The translations under genes were made by a program, and so were the position numbers. The notes under the pieces were generated by a model. The model made no database searches. It was not told the DNA's origin and was given only the letters and a program-made list of their open reading frames with translations. 62,211 bases of DNA from assembly GCA_900128585.1 (NCBI GenBank), contig LT642154.1, positions 1 through 62,211 on the forward strand, in the 5' to 3' direction. This document shows, piece after piece, positions 46,531-56,788 of the stretch. The stretch comes from Stramenopiles sp. TOSAG23-3 (taxonomy: Eukaryota). Position 1 is the stretch's first letter; the number at the start of each line of letters is the position of its first letter.

Positions 46531-48687
46531 ATGTGCAGTATATTTATTTGCTGCGGTCCCAGTTGGGGGGCCGAAGCGGGCAATCAGTACGACAAGTTGG
46601 ACGAAAAGGCCTTGGTGCAATCGTTAGTCAAGACAATACTGCATCTACGCTCTGTCGGCCACGGCAATCGAAAGACGGGGAGGGGAAAATGGAATGGTTT
46701 GACCCTTGCCTTTCCAGACACTGTTGTGGAGGGTGCTTTTATAACCTACTTGTCGTCGCTGCGGCAAAACGCGACTCGCTCATCTTTGCTCATGTTGTCC
46801 TTTCAGTACATATTGTTTCAAATATTTTCCTGGCAGACCACGGACTACGTTGACCTTGCGCTCCGAGGGGGCTACGTCATTTTCCTTTTAACGCTGTTTT
46901 CTTGCTCGTTCACGGAGCTGTACAAGCAGAATGTCCAAAAGTGTTCGTTGGCAGTGGCGCTTATAACGTTCTTCGAAGCTATCGCAGAGGCAGCGCTGCT
47001 TGGAAACTTGATTTCACCGTACACGATACTGATCCTCGTCGTGCTGATGGCAATGTGGACCGTCTTCGTACGCTTTCGGTTTATTTACGCGGTAACGCTT
47101 TGTACATCAACCATTGTCGCGTACAATGCTGTCTGTTTTATTCTGCTGGGAACAGGCCATATTCATGTTTACGTGCCTGGTAAAGGCGGTTTGGGAACGC
47201 TTATGCTGTACTACGACTGCATTCTGATCATCACGGCGGTGACCATTGGTAAGATGTCGCATCGGTTCGAAGTTCAAACACGGTACAATTTCTTGTCGTA
47301 CTGTGCGAATGCACAGGAGTCCAACCCAGGAATGGTCTCCCCCAACATCGGTGGACCGCGGCAAAGCAGTGAGCGAGACCGTGTGAGCGTGCTAGAGACC
47401 GCAGAGGGCCTTCTCGGAGTCGGAAACAATTTTGCCCCAGCAAGCGTGGGAACCAGTCCGTCCCGAAGTTTAGGCTTTACGGCCCGCTCGTCGGTTTCGT
47501 CGTACGGTAAAGAAACGCGCCTGCCCCTCTTGGGAGAGGAGGACAGTTCGTCGGTGTACTCTACCTTTGCCCGCAACGGCGCCGGCGGCAGTGAGACTGT
47601 AAAGCAAGAGTACGAGGAGGACCTGACGTCCAGCTCCTTGCGGGCCTCGATGACGAGTGGAGACGACCATAATGAGGGGACCGTATCGGCGATCATGAGC
47701 GCGCTTGACCGAATAAAGGAAGCGCACCAGGTCAGAGGGTTTTCCGGCGGGTCTGGCCTTATCTCCAGGCGCCTGGACGACATAGTTCGTGATAGTGGGG
47801 CAACGTCCAACATTGATTATTTAAGGGACGCAGCAAGCCTATCGAAAGAGAGTAAAGTCTGCTCAAACATTGACTGTCCCCAATGGTACAGCCCGTACCC
47901 GTACATCTACTCTGGCTACCGCATATTTTACAGCGTTCCCATGTGCTGGAAAAGCATTTTTCAATGGCACAACGAGACGATGAACATTTGGACGGAGATT
48001 TTCCCCCTGGTGTTTTTTACGGCGTATTCGATTGATTTTATGACGAACAACGAGGCGGTCCAAGCTGCCCCCTTTGCTGACAAACTCATCATTGGGATTG
48101 GACTGTTCGGTTGTGTAATATTGCGACCGATCATCAGCGGAGCGGCCCACACGTTCAGCTGTGAAAGCTCTTACAAGTATGTCTTGTGGTGGGGTATGGA
48201 CTACTTTAGTATATGCGTAGCAATCGTCTCGTCTTCGCTTATTTACAGTCGCTTCACGTGGTACTGCGAGCCGCAGCAGTATATTTTTTACGTAATCTCC
48301 ACCGTCGGCTTGCTAATAAGCACGCTTGTTTCTGTGCTGTATGTAGCATCCGGTGGTGTGCGGCTGGGCTCGTTTATACTGCTGATCTGTCTCGCGAATG
48401 TCCTGCCGTTGGTGTGGCAAATTACGCTCCAGTACACCGCAGACGAGGGGGAGAAAGTGCCTCCCGAGTTCCTTTTTTTTTGGATATCTGGGGGTGGCCT
48501 GATGGTTTTGGGTTTGCTTATCAAATCTTCCATGATTCCAGAAATCTGTTGCCCCGGAAAATTTGACCTGTGCGCGTCGTCGCACAATTGGTGGCACTTG
48601 TGTATTAACGGCGGCTTTGTAGCGCTTTACCCCGCAATAGAGATTTATTTGAAATTTCGGAAGGGTAACATGTGCGTAGTGCCGTAG
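46531..48687 (+). CDS. 6TM adenylyl-cyclase-anchor-like domain fused to PAQR/HlyIII (adiponectin receptor-like) 7TM domain
   Basis: 'YIYSGYR...SIFQWHNETMNIWT', SxxxH (SGAAH), 'MDY', HxxxH (SHNWWH); six N-terminal hydrophobic segments. Confidence 0.8.
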   Translation: MCSIFICCGPSWGAEAGNQYDKLDEKALVQSLVKTILHLRSVGHGNRKTGRGKWNGLTLAFPDTVVEGAFITYLSSLRQNATRSSLLMLSFQYILFQIFSWQTTDYVDLALRGGYVIFLLTLFSCSFTELYKQNVQKCSLAVALITFFEAIAEAALLGNLISPYTILILVVLMAMWTVFVRFRFIYAVTLCTSTIVAYNAVCFILLGTGHIHVYVPGKGGLGTLMLYYDCILIITAVTIGKMSHRFEVQTRYNFLSYCANAQESNPGMVSPNIGGPRQSSERDRVSVLETAEGLLGVGNNFAPASVGTSPSRSLGFTARSSVSSYGKETRLPLLGEEDSSSVYSTFARNGAGGSETVKQEYEEDLTSSSLRASMTSGDDHNEGTVSAIMSALDRIKEAHQVRGFSGGSGLISRRLDDIVRDSGATSNIDYLRDAASLSKESKVCSNIDCPQWYSPYPYIYSGYRIFYSVPMCWKSIFQWHNETMNIWTEIFPLVFFTAYSIDFMTNNEAVQAAPFADKLIIGIGLFGCVILRPIISGAAHTFSCESSYKYVLWWGMDYFSICVAIVSSSLIYSRFTWYCEPQQYIFYVISTVGLLISTLVSVLYVASGGVRLGSFILLICLANVLPLVWQITLQYTADEGEKVPPEFLFFWISGGGLMVLGLLIKSSMIPEICCPGKFDLCASSHNWWHLCINGGFVALYPAIEIYLKFRKGNMCVVP

Positions 48688-48809
48688 AGAAATGTGAGTG
48701 CGTGCAACAAGAAAAACTCGTGGGGGAGATTGTAAAAGAAATCTTAATTCTTACGTATAAAAATTATATATTTATCGGTTAAGATATCGTATTGTAGGCT
48801 TTGGTACAT

Positions 48810-49829
48810 TTATATAAAGAGAGCAATCGACGACATCATTGCAAATCCCATCGCATAAGCAAGGAGCTTGGTCAGATGCAGGCGCTTTGAGCCCATTTTT
48901 TTTCCACTACTCATGAGAAGCTCCTTCGCGCCAATTTCAAGCACCGAGATGTACAAGAAGACCCCAGCAACGACCGCCTTAATAACAGGTGATATGTAAT
49001 TGCTCCATACCGAAGTTTCAGTCACTGACTCTGGGACGAACATGCCCACTATGATTCCCAAGGGAGCACTGGCTGCAAAAGCGATTGAAACTTTCAACAG
49101 CGGCTTCCAGTCTTGCGTTACATTTGCAGCAGCACCACCGAGAGAAAACCCCGCAAAAATTTTATGAGCCAGTACAGCAATGATAATCTCTGTTGATTCC
49201 AAGTTTGAACCCGTAACGCTGATGGAAAACCCAAGCAGAATGCTGTGAAAGATTAGCGCGAAGAAAAGAGAAAGAATAGACCGTAATGACACGTGCAAAT
49301 GCGACGTGATGTGGCCGATATCGTGGTGGTGCACCTCCTCCTCGGAGCAATTCACTGCAGTGCCGTACAGAAGGATAGGGTCGGTTAACTCAGGCAACAA
49401 CGTTTTCTTTGACTGCGGGTTCTTCTTCGAAAAATCAATGTAGATTTCACCCTGGGAATGGTCTGCGTCGCCCTTGGCTTCGATTGATGGGGTTTCCCCG
49501 TGTCCATGGCACCCATGACCATGACCATGTTCGTTCCCCACCCGGTCGCCGTGGCCAAGCTCTTCGAGTACTAGCATAATTAAAAAACTGCTCGCACAAA
49601 TAACGTTTGCCCAAGGCATGGCGCCAGAGTTTAAAGCGGAATCCTGCGCGTCGGCAAGTTGGTGCACAATTGCCGCCGACAGTAAAACACCCGCAGAAAA
49701 CATGTTTCCAATAGAAAATAGTCCACCGTCCTTTTGCTTTACAAACCTGGGCAACAGGCACGACCCAGCGCCAAAAGCAAACAAGACGAGGACAAATATG
49801 ATATCCTCCCACTCTGATTTCCTTGCCAT
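48810..49829 (-). CDS. ZIP (SLC39) zinc/iron importer
   Basis: 'FSAGVLLSAAIVHQL', His-rich loop, TM4 'FHSILLG', TM5 'AHKIF', 'AGVFLYIS'. Confidence 0.9.
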   Translation of the reverse strand: MARKSEWEDIIFVLVLFAFGAGSCLLPRFVKQKDGGLFSIGNMFSAGVLLSAAIVHQLADAQDSALNSGAMPWANVICASSFLIMLVLEELGHGDRVGNEHGHGHGCHGHGETPSIEAKGDADHSQGEIYIDFSKKNPQSKKTLLPELTDPILLYGTAVNCSEEEVHHHDIGHITSHLHVSLRSILSLFFALIFHSILLGFSISVTGSNLESTEIIIAVLAHKIFAGFSLGGAAANVTQDWKPLLKVSIAFAASAPLGIIVGMFVPESVTETSVWSNYISPVIKAVVAGVFLYISVLEIGAKELLMSSGKKMGSKRLHLTKLLAYAMGFAMMSSIALFI

Positions 49830-50099
49830 CTTCTTCCACAAATCAGACAACGTATGTATTATTCTGTTTGTCGTTTGTATCTGTTCGAATTGCGATGATG
49901 AAGAACTATTTATGTGTCTATTTCTTTAAACAGAGATTGATTTTATTTAAACTACAAATATTATGTGTTTGTTTCAAAATTGGTCAGCGTATATATATAA
50001 TCAAATAAAATTCTTCGTTCGACGATCATCGATGATGGGATATGGGATATGGGATGGAATGGATGATGATGAAGATATTTTTACTCTAGTTATTACGTG

Positions 50100-50109
50100 G
50101 TACCGGTAC
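50100..50109. promoter_or_regulatory. GTACCGGTAC palindrome in the ZIP/ZnT bidirectional spacer (TACC-N0-3-GGTA family)
   Basis: Perfect 10-bp palindrome; relatives occur in most upstream spacers. Confidence 0.35.
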
Positions 50110-50764
50110 GGAAGTCATGATGGTAATGCTATTTCTATACAAAAAATAACGACAAAAAAAAAAAGAAAGCAAACGACTGACAACGGAAAGACCTGTTTTT
50201 TTCTTTTTTTTAATCCTTCTCCTACTATCTCCTAATTAAAAAGCTCTACTACAACAAAACAACAAAAAATTCAATTTTCAAAAAAATCATAATATTTAAT
50301 ATAAATCCATTGACTACTGTAGCATAGACAGAACAACAAAGAGAAATAATCACCACATTTTTATTTATTATTAACAAAAAAACCAACAATTCTTCTTCTC
50401 CTTTTTTTATTTTTATTTTATCTTTTATTACATTATACCAGCTATTTAGTATGTGTATCATACAACAAAATAGAAGAGGAGTAGTATTATAGTAAAAATA
50501 ATACTAGTCGTCTATTATTACAATACTACGAACGAGGACAATGATGAGAGAATAAAATGAAAATGAGATTATGATGAAATAGTTAGTTGTCTGGTAAACA
50601 TTCCATTGGGAATTACTTATCAGAAAGAATTGAAAAATATAGATAAAAGGCAATGTTCTTGTTTCATTCCATATCGCGAAATTGTTTTGTGTTTTGAGGG
50701 TTGCAAGTGAACGTTTCGTCCAAAAGAAGAGTTTCCAAGCGACCGACAGAAGTGTTTCAGCGCC

Positions 50765-51964
50765 ATGGAAGACGAGCAAGAGGCGTACCAACACGCGCGG
50801 CGGCAGTTGCTCTGTGCAAGTTGCTGTTGTTTCCTCTTTATGGTCCTTGAGGCTGTTGGGGGTTGGTATGTTGGTTCCCTTGCGGTGATGAGCGATGCCG
50901 CGCACCTTCTGGTTGATTGCGCAGGGTTTGCAATGAATTTGGTCGGACTGTACGTTGCACAGAGGCCAAAAACGTTAAAGTACACGTACGGATACCAGCG
51001 AGCGGAGATAGTCGGGGCAATCATGAGCGTCTTACTGTTGTGGTTACTGACGGGAATTATACTGTACCAAGCTGTGCGCCGCCTTTTCCACCCTGAAGAC
51101 GTCAAAGGCATGGAAATGTTTGCTATTGCATCGTGTGGACTGGGCGTCAATGTGATAATGGGCGTGATTTTGGCCCAGTCGGGGCATGGGCATTCTCACG
51201 GTCTACCTGGACAAGAATGTTCTCACGGCGGCCACGACGCAGATGAAGAGGACCCGCAACCCTCCCATTCCCATACACATTCCCATTCGCATTCTCACGG
51301 CCATGGTCATTCCCCATTGCACGCGCAGAGTAGCCATGCTAATTACCATTCCTTGGATCAGGACCCAGACATGGGGCGCAAGGCCAAAGCTACAAAAAAA
51401 CAAAGCATGGCCGTTCGTTCCGCATTTTTGCATGTTCTTGGGGATGGAATCCAGTCCGTTGGGGTGATGATTGCGGCTGGGCTGATTTGGTACAAACCAG
51501 AATGGAAGATTGCCGACCCGATCTGCTCGTGTTTGTTTGCTCTGATAGTTCTAGCGACGACCCCTAAAATTCTGAAGCAAGGCTTGGGAATTTTGATGAA
51601 TGCAGCGCCCACCAACATGTCCAGACAAATGTATACCGAGCTTTATTCAGTGGAATGTATAAAGGATGTACACGATCTTCACCTTTGGCCCTTGACGTCG
51701 TCTGGAAAATTGGCGCTGACCGTCCACCTCGTTGCCACCGACAAGGTGAAGGCGTTGAAGATGGCGCAGATCATTGCGATGAAAATGGGTGTTCGACACA
51801 CTACGATCCAGGTTGAGTGCGGCGATGAAGTTTCAAATTGTGCAAAAGTGAATACCCACCAATGTGTGATGGACGAGGCGGAATCATTGCAAGCGCTTTC
51901 CGCGGCAAACTCAGAGGACGAAGACGCCGAGTGCGAACACCATCACCATCATCACGAGCATTAA
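50765..51964 (+). CDS. CDF/ZnT (SLC30A2-like) zinc exporter
   Basis: 'SDAAHLLVD', 'TYGYQRAEIVGA', His-rich loop, 'HVLGD', 'VHDLHLW', 'HTTIQVE'; C-terminal poly-His. Confidence 0.95.
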   Translation: MEDEQEAYQHARRQLLCASCCCFLFMVLEAVGGWYVGSLAVMSDAAHLLVDCAGFAMNLVGLYVAQRPKTLKYTYGYQRAEIVGAIMSVLLLWLLTGIILYQAVRRLFHPEDVKGMEMFAIASCGLGVNVIMGVILAQSGHGHSHGLPGQECSHGGHDADEEDPQPSHSHTHSHSHSHGHGHSPLHAQSSHANYHSLDQDPDMGRKAKATKKQSMAVRSAFLHVLGDGIQSVGVMIAAGLIWYKPEWKIADPICSCLFALIVLATTPKILKQGLGILMNAAPTNMSRQMYTELYSVECIKDVHDLHLWPLTSSGKLALTVHLVATDKVKALKMAQIIAMKMGVRHTTIQVECGDEVSNCAKVNTHQCVMDEAESLQALSAANSEDEDAECEHHHHHHEH

Positions 51965-53001
51965 TTTATTTTTGTCGGGAAAGGATTCGTGTTCAATAGT
52001 GCAAATCTGTCGGGAAATGAGTATAGATTTGTGTGTTTATATTTTGTATTTAAAGTATGGGTTGTTAAATAAATGTCTTTTTTGATTTCGAAAAAATTAA
52101 TTAAATCGTAAACTGAATTTACAGTAGTATCATTTGCGAACTACCAGTACTCCAACAAACTCCAAATCATTGAAGTTTTGGGGAATACGAGGAGTTAATA
52201 TATGATAGGTAAAAAAAAGTAGTATTTTTTGTATACTATAATATGATTTCAAAGGAGACGTTGGGACGAGAGCAAGGATGCAAGTATCTTTGGCGCGGAA
52301 TTGAAAAATGGTAAACAGCTTTGTGCTAACTATTTGAGGCAAAGAGATCTTCATGAATAAAGGATAATTTTCGCAAATTGAAAGTGTCAAATATGCTTTT
52401 TGATACACAAAATTATGCCCGTACAATTCGTTTCCCCAACATCAACGTTTGAACAAGTGTTTGGTCGTGTCGCGTTTGGTCTAAATCGCCCAATTCACAA
52501 AAAATTGTCCCTAGGAACCACAATTCCAAGTCATTTGAAGGCAAACAATTTATAAACGTTCGTTCGGGCACGGAATTCGTCACATGAACGATCACCTGAT
52601 CTAAACTTATGTCGTTAGGTGTCTCCCTTGCTTTTATTTGTCATTTTCTGGCCGAAAGCTTCCACACATTGAAAATCGAGTCGGATTTTTTTTCGCGCCA
52701 AGGACACTGCACACTTTGTTGAACAGGTGTCTATCAAAGCCTTTTACGAAAAAATTAACATAGAATAGCATTAGCCTTTATCTCGACAAAATTTACACTC
52801 GGAATAATTTACAACATATTGGAATTGCATTAACATTTTTTTAGAGGTTGAACATTTGTCCCCGGCCGAGCACGTCTTCTTATCCCTCTCTTTCTCTGCC
52901 AGAATGTGCAAGGACTGCTTCAACGTCATTCTCAAGAAGCTCTACCCAGATCTCTTTGGGAGTGCTCCCCGGATATGAAGCACTGCGCCATGTCCGGCAA
53001 C

Positions 53002-55779
53002 TTACCAGTTGAAATATCCTTCGTACTTTTTCCGCTTGTTCCTAATCCTGTTTTCCGTTTTTGGCAATTCTGTTCGCATAGCAGACGGTTTCTGCCTCCG
53101 GGGCTTCCCGCCACTTTTCCACTGAACTTTCCACATTCTGGTCGCGACCTCAATTTCTGGCCCAGGCTCTGCCCCAACAGCCACATCATCAGTTGTTTTG
53201 GTCGCTTGGGGTGTGGGTATGCTGGCAGATTTAGCCGGCGGGTGCAGTTTTCTACCAGGCAGTTGCCTGCGTTCCTTTGTCGGGCCTCTTTTGGTACCAG
53301 GTGGAATTGGGCGAAGTGCGTTGGGGTTAGGTGTCATCTCTTTCGACGCTGGCTCAGGGGCACGCGGGCTTACCTTTTGGAATGAACCAACCAAAGTCGG
53401 GTCACCACCTTCTCTCACACGGCTGTGAACCACCGCCATGGCATTGAGCGCCCTTAACTTTAGCATCTCTTCGTACGCACTTGGGATATTCATTTCTGCC
53501 TGCTCTCGCAAGTGATCCCTCGCTGTACTGCGCAAAATAGTTTTCGAGGACGGGCGATGGTAATTGTTCTCGATGCCATCGAGTATTTCCGTAACTATCG
53601 ACTTCAGCGCAGAAGTTTGGGACATGGTAGTAATAACATCCAGACGACGGCACATGGCGGCTTCGCTCGCCGCATTCGCCCTGAATCGCCGTTGTGCAAA
53701 AACGACGCTCTTGAAGGCATCCATCAGGTGGCCGGAAAAGTTGTTCACCATGAACTCCGGAATCACCAACGCCCTGACAATGGTTTTGGCGACAAAATTG
53801 TCCTCTTCCTTTTCGTAAAACAAAGGTGCGCCTAACGTGCTGTCTTTAAAACAGGATACCCCAAAGAAGCCACCTTTTCCTATTTCGCTCACATGCGAGC
53901 AGTATTCTGATATCAAGCTGTGCTCGTGGGGCAAGTTCCTGTTAATACCGACTGTCCCTTCTTCGATGATGTAAAGGGCATGAGCACGACTATCGTTTTG
54001 GAAAAATACGTGGTGGGCAGGAAAAACGTGGCTGACAATAGTTGAACAAATTTGAAAAAGCTCGTGTTCGCTGCAATATTGGTCGAACGGATCACTGCTG
54101 GAGCGCAGAAAATCTTTAAAATACGAAATTTCCGCTACTCTATTTTGATAATGGGCACGGTTGTTCCTGCACGCCATGTATGAGGTCCGATTGATGGATA
54201 TCATTTCAACTGCGGCCTTTCCAGTCGACGACGCGACGGCGCTGAAATGACGCTGCGCTGAAGTTGACAACGCCAGAGTTCCGAAAATTGACCCCGGGTT
54301 AAAGTGACGCACGACTTGGTTCGAGTCTCCGATCTCGTCGATAGAACCACTCAAAATTAAGTACGCATTCCCATCGTTGATTGGATCGCCACTTTTGTAC
54401 AGAAAATGGCCCCCTTCAAGTCTGCGATACACCAAGTGTTTGTACAGATCATCGAGCGATCCGCCTTCGTGCTTTATACCACTTGCCAACGGGGTTGCGA
54501 GGAACAGGATTTCCACAAGGCGAAGATCACTTAAAGAGCGTTCATGAGGCAGGCGTTTCAACGCTCTTTTCACATAGTGCCCAATCTGACGCACTGCCCT
54601 CTTCTCAGTCATCCACATGACGCGGTGGAACAAACCGACAAAGACCGGATTCTTGTGGACCAAAAAAAACAGAGCATGATAAAAATCTCTAAACTTGGGC
54701 AAAACAGCGTGCAACGCCTGTGAAGCTTCTGCCATCGTCTTTACGACAGGAATCTGTTTCAAGCACCAGGCATGGGCAATCTGGTCCTCAACACACTCTT
54801 TAGTCCATTCGTCTGTCTCTGAGGGGCTGGAATGCCCAGGCTCGTTCAGGCTGCGCATGTACCGCCTAAGCCGTTCTTGAAAATGACTGTAGTACCGCCC
54901 GTGTAAGTACGAGCGGAGGTCTTCTTGAGAAATGTACATGCAGACTGCGGAGGGAGACGTTACCTTAAGGTTGGCCTTCCAGTGGACAGGAACTTCGCTA
55001 TCCAAGCCTTCGATTGAGATAAGTTCCCCCGGTTTGTACAATCGGAACGTTCTAGAGTTAATAGCAGTGACGTTCCCTTCCACGACACACCACATCCAAG
55101 TTTTCAATTCCCCCGCTTTGGCAATAACTTCGTTGTGGCTGTACACTACTGGCCGCATTATTGCTCGCAGTTTTTGAAGGACAAGGGGGGACATACTGTT
55201 GAACACACTGCTCCCTTCGAGTATGCGTTGCGATTCCAAGTGTGCTCGACCGCGCAAAACAGCGTCTACCGGAAAGAGTGCTTCGAACTGCGACCTGTTG
55301 ATAATGTAACACTCTCCCGGCTCTACGGCAGTCACTGTGGCACTGCGCGGGGAGTTTGACAACAAAGCGTACTCGCCAAAGTATGACCCGTTTGCCAGCG
55401 TTCTCACAAGAGTGGGATCTTCTCCTTCTTTAGAGGCAACTGTAACGGCAAACGCACCCGACTTAATTATATACATTTGATTCCCTGCATGGCCTTGTTT
55501 TATCACAACGTCGTCTCGGCGGTAGCGCTTTTCTCCTATGCGTTCAATTATTTCAACGATACGACTTCTTGGTAACGCTCGCAGCTGGGGAATTTTTCTC
55601 AAAACACGAATTAATTCATCAAGCTTTTCTCGTAGTTCTATTTCTGGATCTTTCTTGCTGTAATGCGCGCCGCGGCGAAGTGATTTTGACCTGCTCAGTC
55701 TGATTAGAAACGACGGTGTCCTCGTCGGACTATTGTGCCGTTTGAGCCTTGGCGTCCCCTCGGTTGCTTCTTCGCTCAT
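53002..55779 (-). CDS. Protein with about four cyclic-nucleotide-binding domains and no evident catalytic domain (3' end uncertain)
   Basis: First CNB has intact 'FGEYALLSNSPRSATV'; three further degenerate CNB folds. Confidence 0.8.
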   Translation of the reverse strand: MSEEATEGTPRLKRHNSPTRTPSFLIRLSRSKSLRRGAHYSKKDPEIELREKLDELIRVLRKIPQLRALPRSRIVEIIERIGEKRYRRDDVVIKQGHAGNQMYIIKSGAFAVTVASKEGEDPTLVRTLANGSYFGEYALLSNSPRSATVTAVEPGECYIINRSQFEALFPVDAVLRGRAHLESQRILEGSSVFNSMSPLVLQKLRAIMRPVVYSHNEVIAKAGELKTWMWCVVEGNVTAINSRTFRLYKPGELISIEGLDSEVPVHWKANLKVTSPSAVCMYISQEDLRSYLHGRYYSHFQERLRRYMRSLNEPGHSSPSETDEWTKECVEDQIAHAWCLKQIPVVKTMAEASQALHAVLPKFRDFYHALFFLVHKNPVFVGLFHRVMWMTEKRAVRQIGHYVKRALKRLPHERSLSDLRLVEILFLATPLASGIKHEGGSLDDLYKHLVYRRLEGGHFLYKSGDPINDGNAYLILSGSIDEIGDSNQVVRHFNPGSIFGTLALSTSAQRHFSAVASSTGKAAVEMISINRTSYMACRNNRAHYQNRVAEISYFKDFLRSSSDPFDQYCSEHELFQICSTIVSHVFPAHHVFFQNDSRAHALYIIEEGTVGINRNLPHEHSLISEYCSHVSEIGKGGFFGVSCFKDSTLGAPLFYEKEEDNFVAKTIVRALVIPEFMVNNFSGHLMDAFKSVVFAQRRFRANAASEAAMCRRLDVITTMSQTSALKSIVTEILDGIENNYHRPSSKTILRSTARDHLREQAEMNIPSAYEEMLKLRALNAMAVVHSRVREGGDPTLVGSFQKVSPRAPEPASKEMTPNPNALRPIPPGTKRGPTKERRQLPGRKLHPPAKSASIPTPQATKTTDDVAVGAEPGPEIEVATRMWKVQWKSGGKPRRQKPSAMRTELPKTENRIRNKRKKYEGYFNW

Positions 55780-56203
55780 AGCGTTCGACTAGGAGGATTG
55801 GAAAAGCAAGATGCTGTCCGAATTGTTTTTGTAGAGATATATGGATGCACTCGCAGAGACAATATTAAGTAAACGAAGAACAAACCCCAGGATAAGGAAT
55901 TCCAGTGTCACTTTGTGAAATCGTTCACAGCATGCAGTTGCAATTACTGTCGTGCGGTCTTAATTCCTATTTTCTGTGTAATAATGTACTACTACGGCGT
56001 ACGTCCTTGGTATTAATATTAATATAATATAATCGACGACGACGACTAAAATATAATAATAAAATAATATTAGAACGACTATTACAGTACCGTACCATAT
56101 AATAATAAGAGGCAATAAAATAAAAAATAATAATAGAAAAAAATAACTGCTTCTCTCCGTCGTAAAAACCCACTTTATCAATATTTAATACTGTCGTCCA
56201 GCA

Positions 56204-56221
56204 GTACGTACCGGTACGTAC
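56204..56221. promoter_or_regulatory. Perfect 18-bp palindrome GTACGTACCGGTACGTAC upstream of the cNMP gene
   Basis: Self-reverse-complementary; function inferred only. Confidence 0.35.
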
Positions 56222-56788
56222 GATCGTAATGAAAGCAAACCCGGGAAGCCAACCAACCAGGGGTGTTCTTATCGATACGTACGTAGTCTACGAGGAGTGC
56301 CTGTAAAGTAATTTACAAAGTGACAATAATAAATATAGTCTATTATACAGCCAACCAGAAGAGGCGACTTTGGAAATGCGTAAAAAATTATAAATATATA
56401 AGGCAAAGGCACAAGCGCACCGAACGTGTTGTTACATCGCACAGTATCTAGAATACCTGGCATTAATTTAATATGATATAAATAAATTTTTTTAACTCGT
56501 AGTACGGATTAATTAATAAACTTTCGTAGATATGATATAATTTTTTAAATAATTCCATGAAGGAACGTAAACCTTTACTGGACAAAAGGAGCAGATTGAT
56601 TTTCGCGGTTCATGAGGAAGTTAAATTTTAATTACTTAAATAACAGCCAATTTTTTTTTGTCTTTGAAAATTATTCCAGAAAGACGGGAGTGTGTGGCGA
56701 TCTTACGAAAATATTTCTCTCGTATCACCTGCGACGAACCCCGTCAAGTCTCCATTGCTAGGTAACTATGAGATTTGACTAGGCTGGT

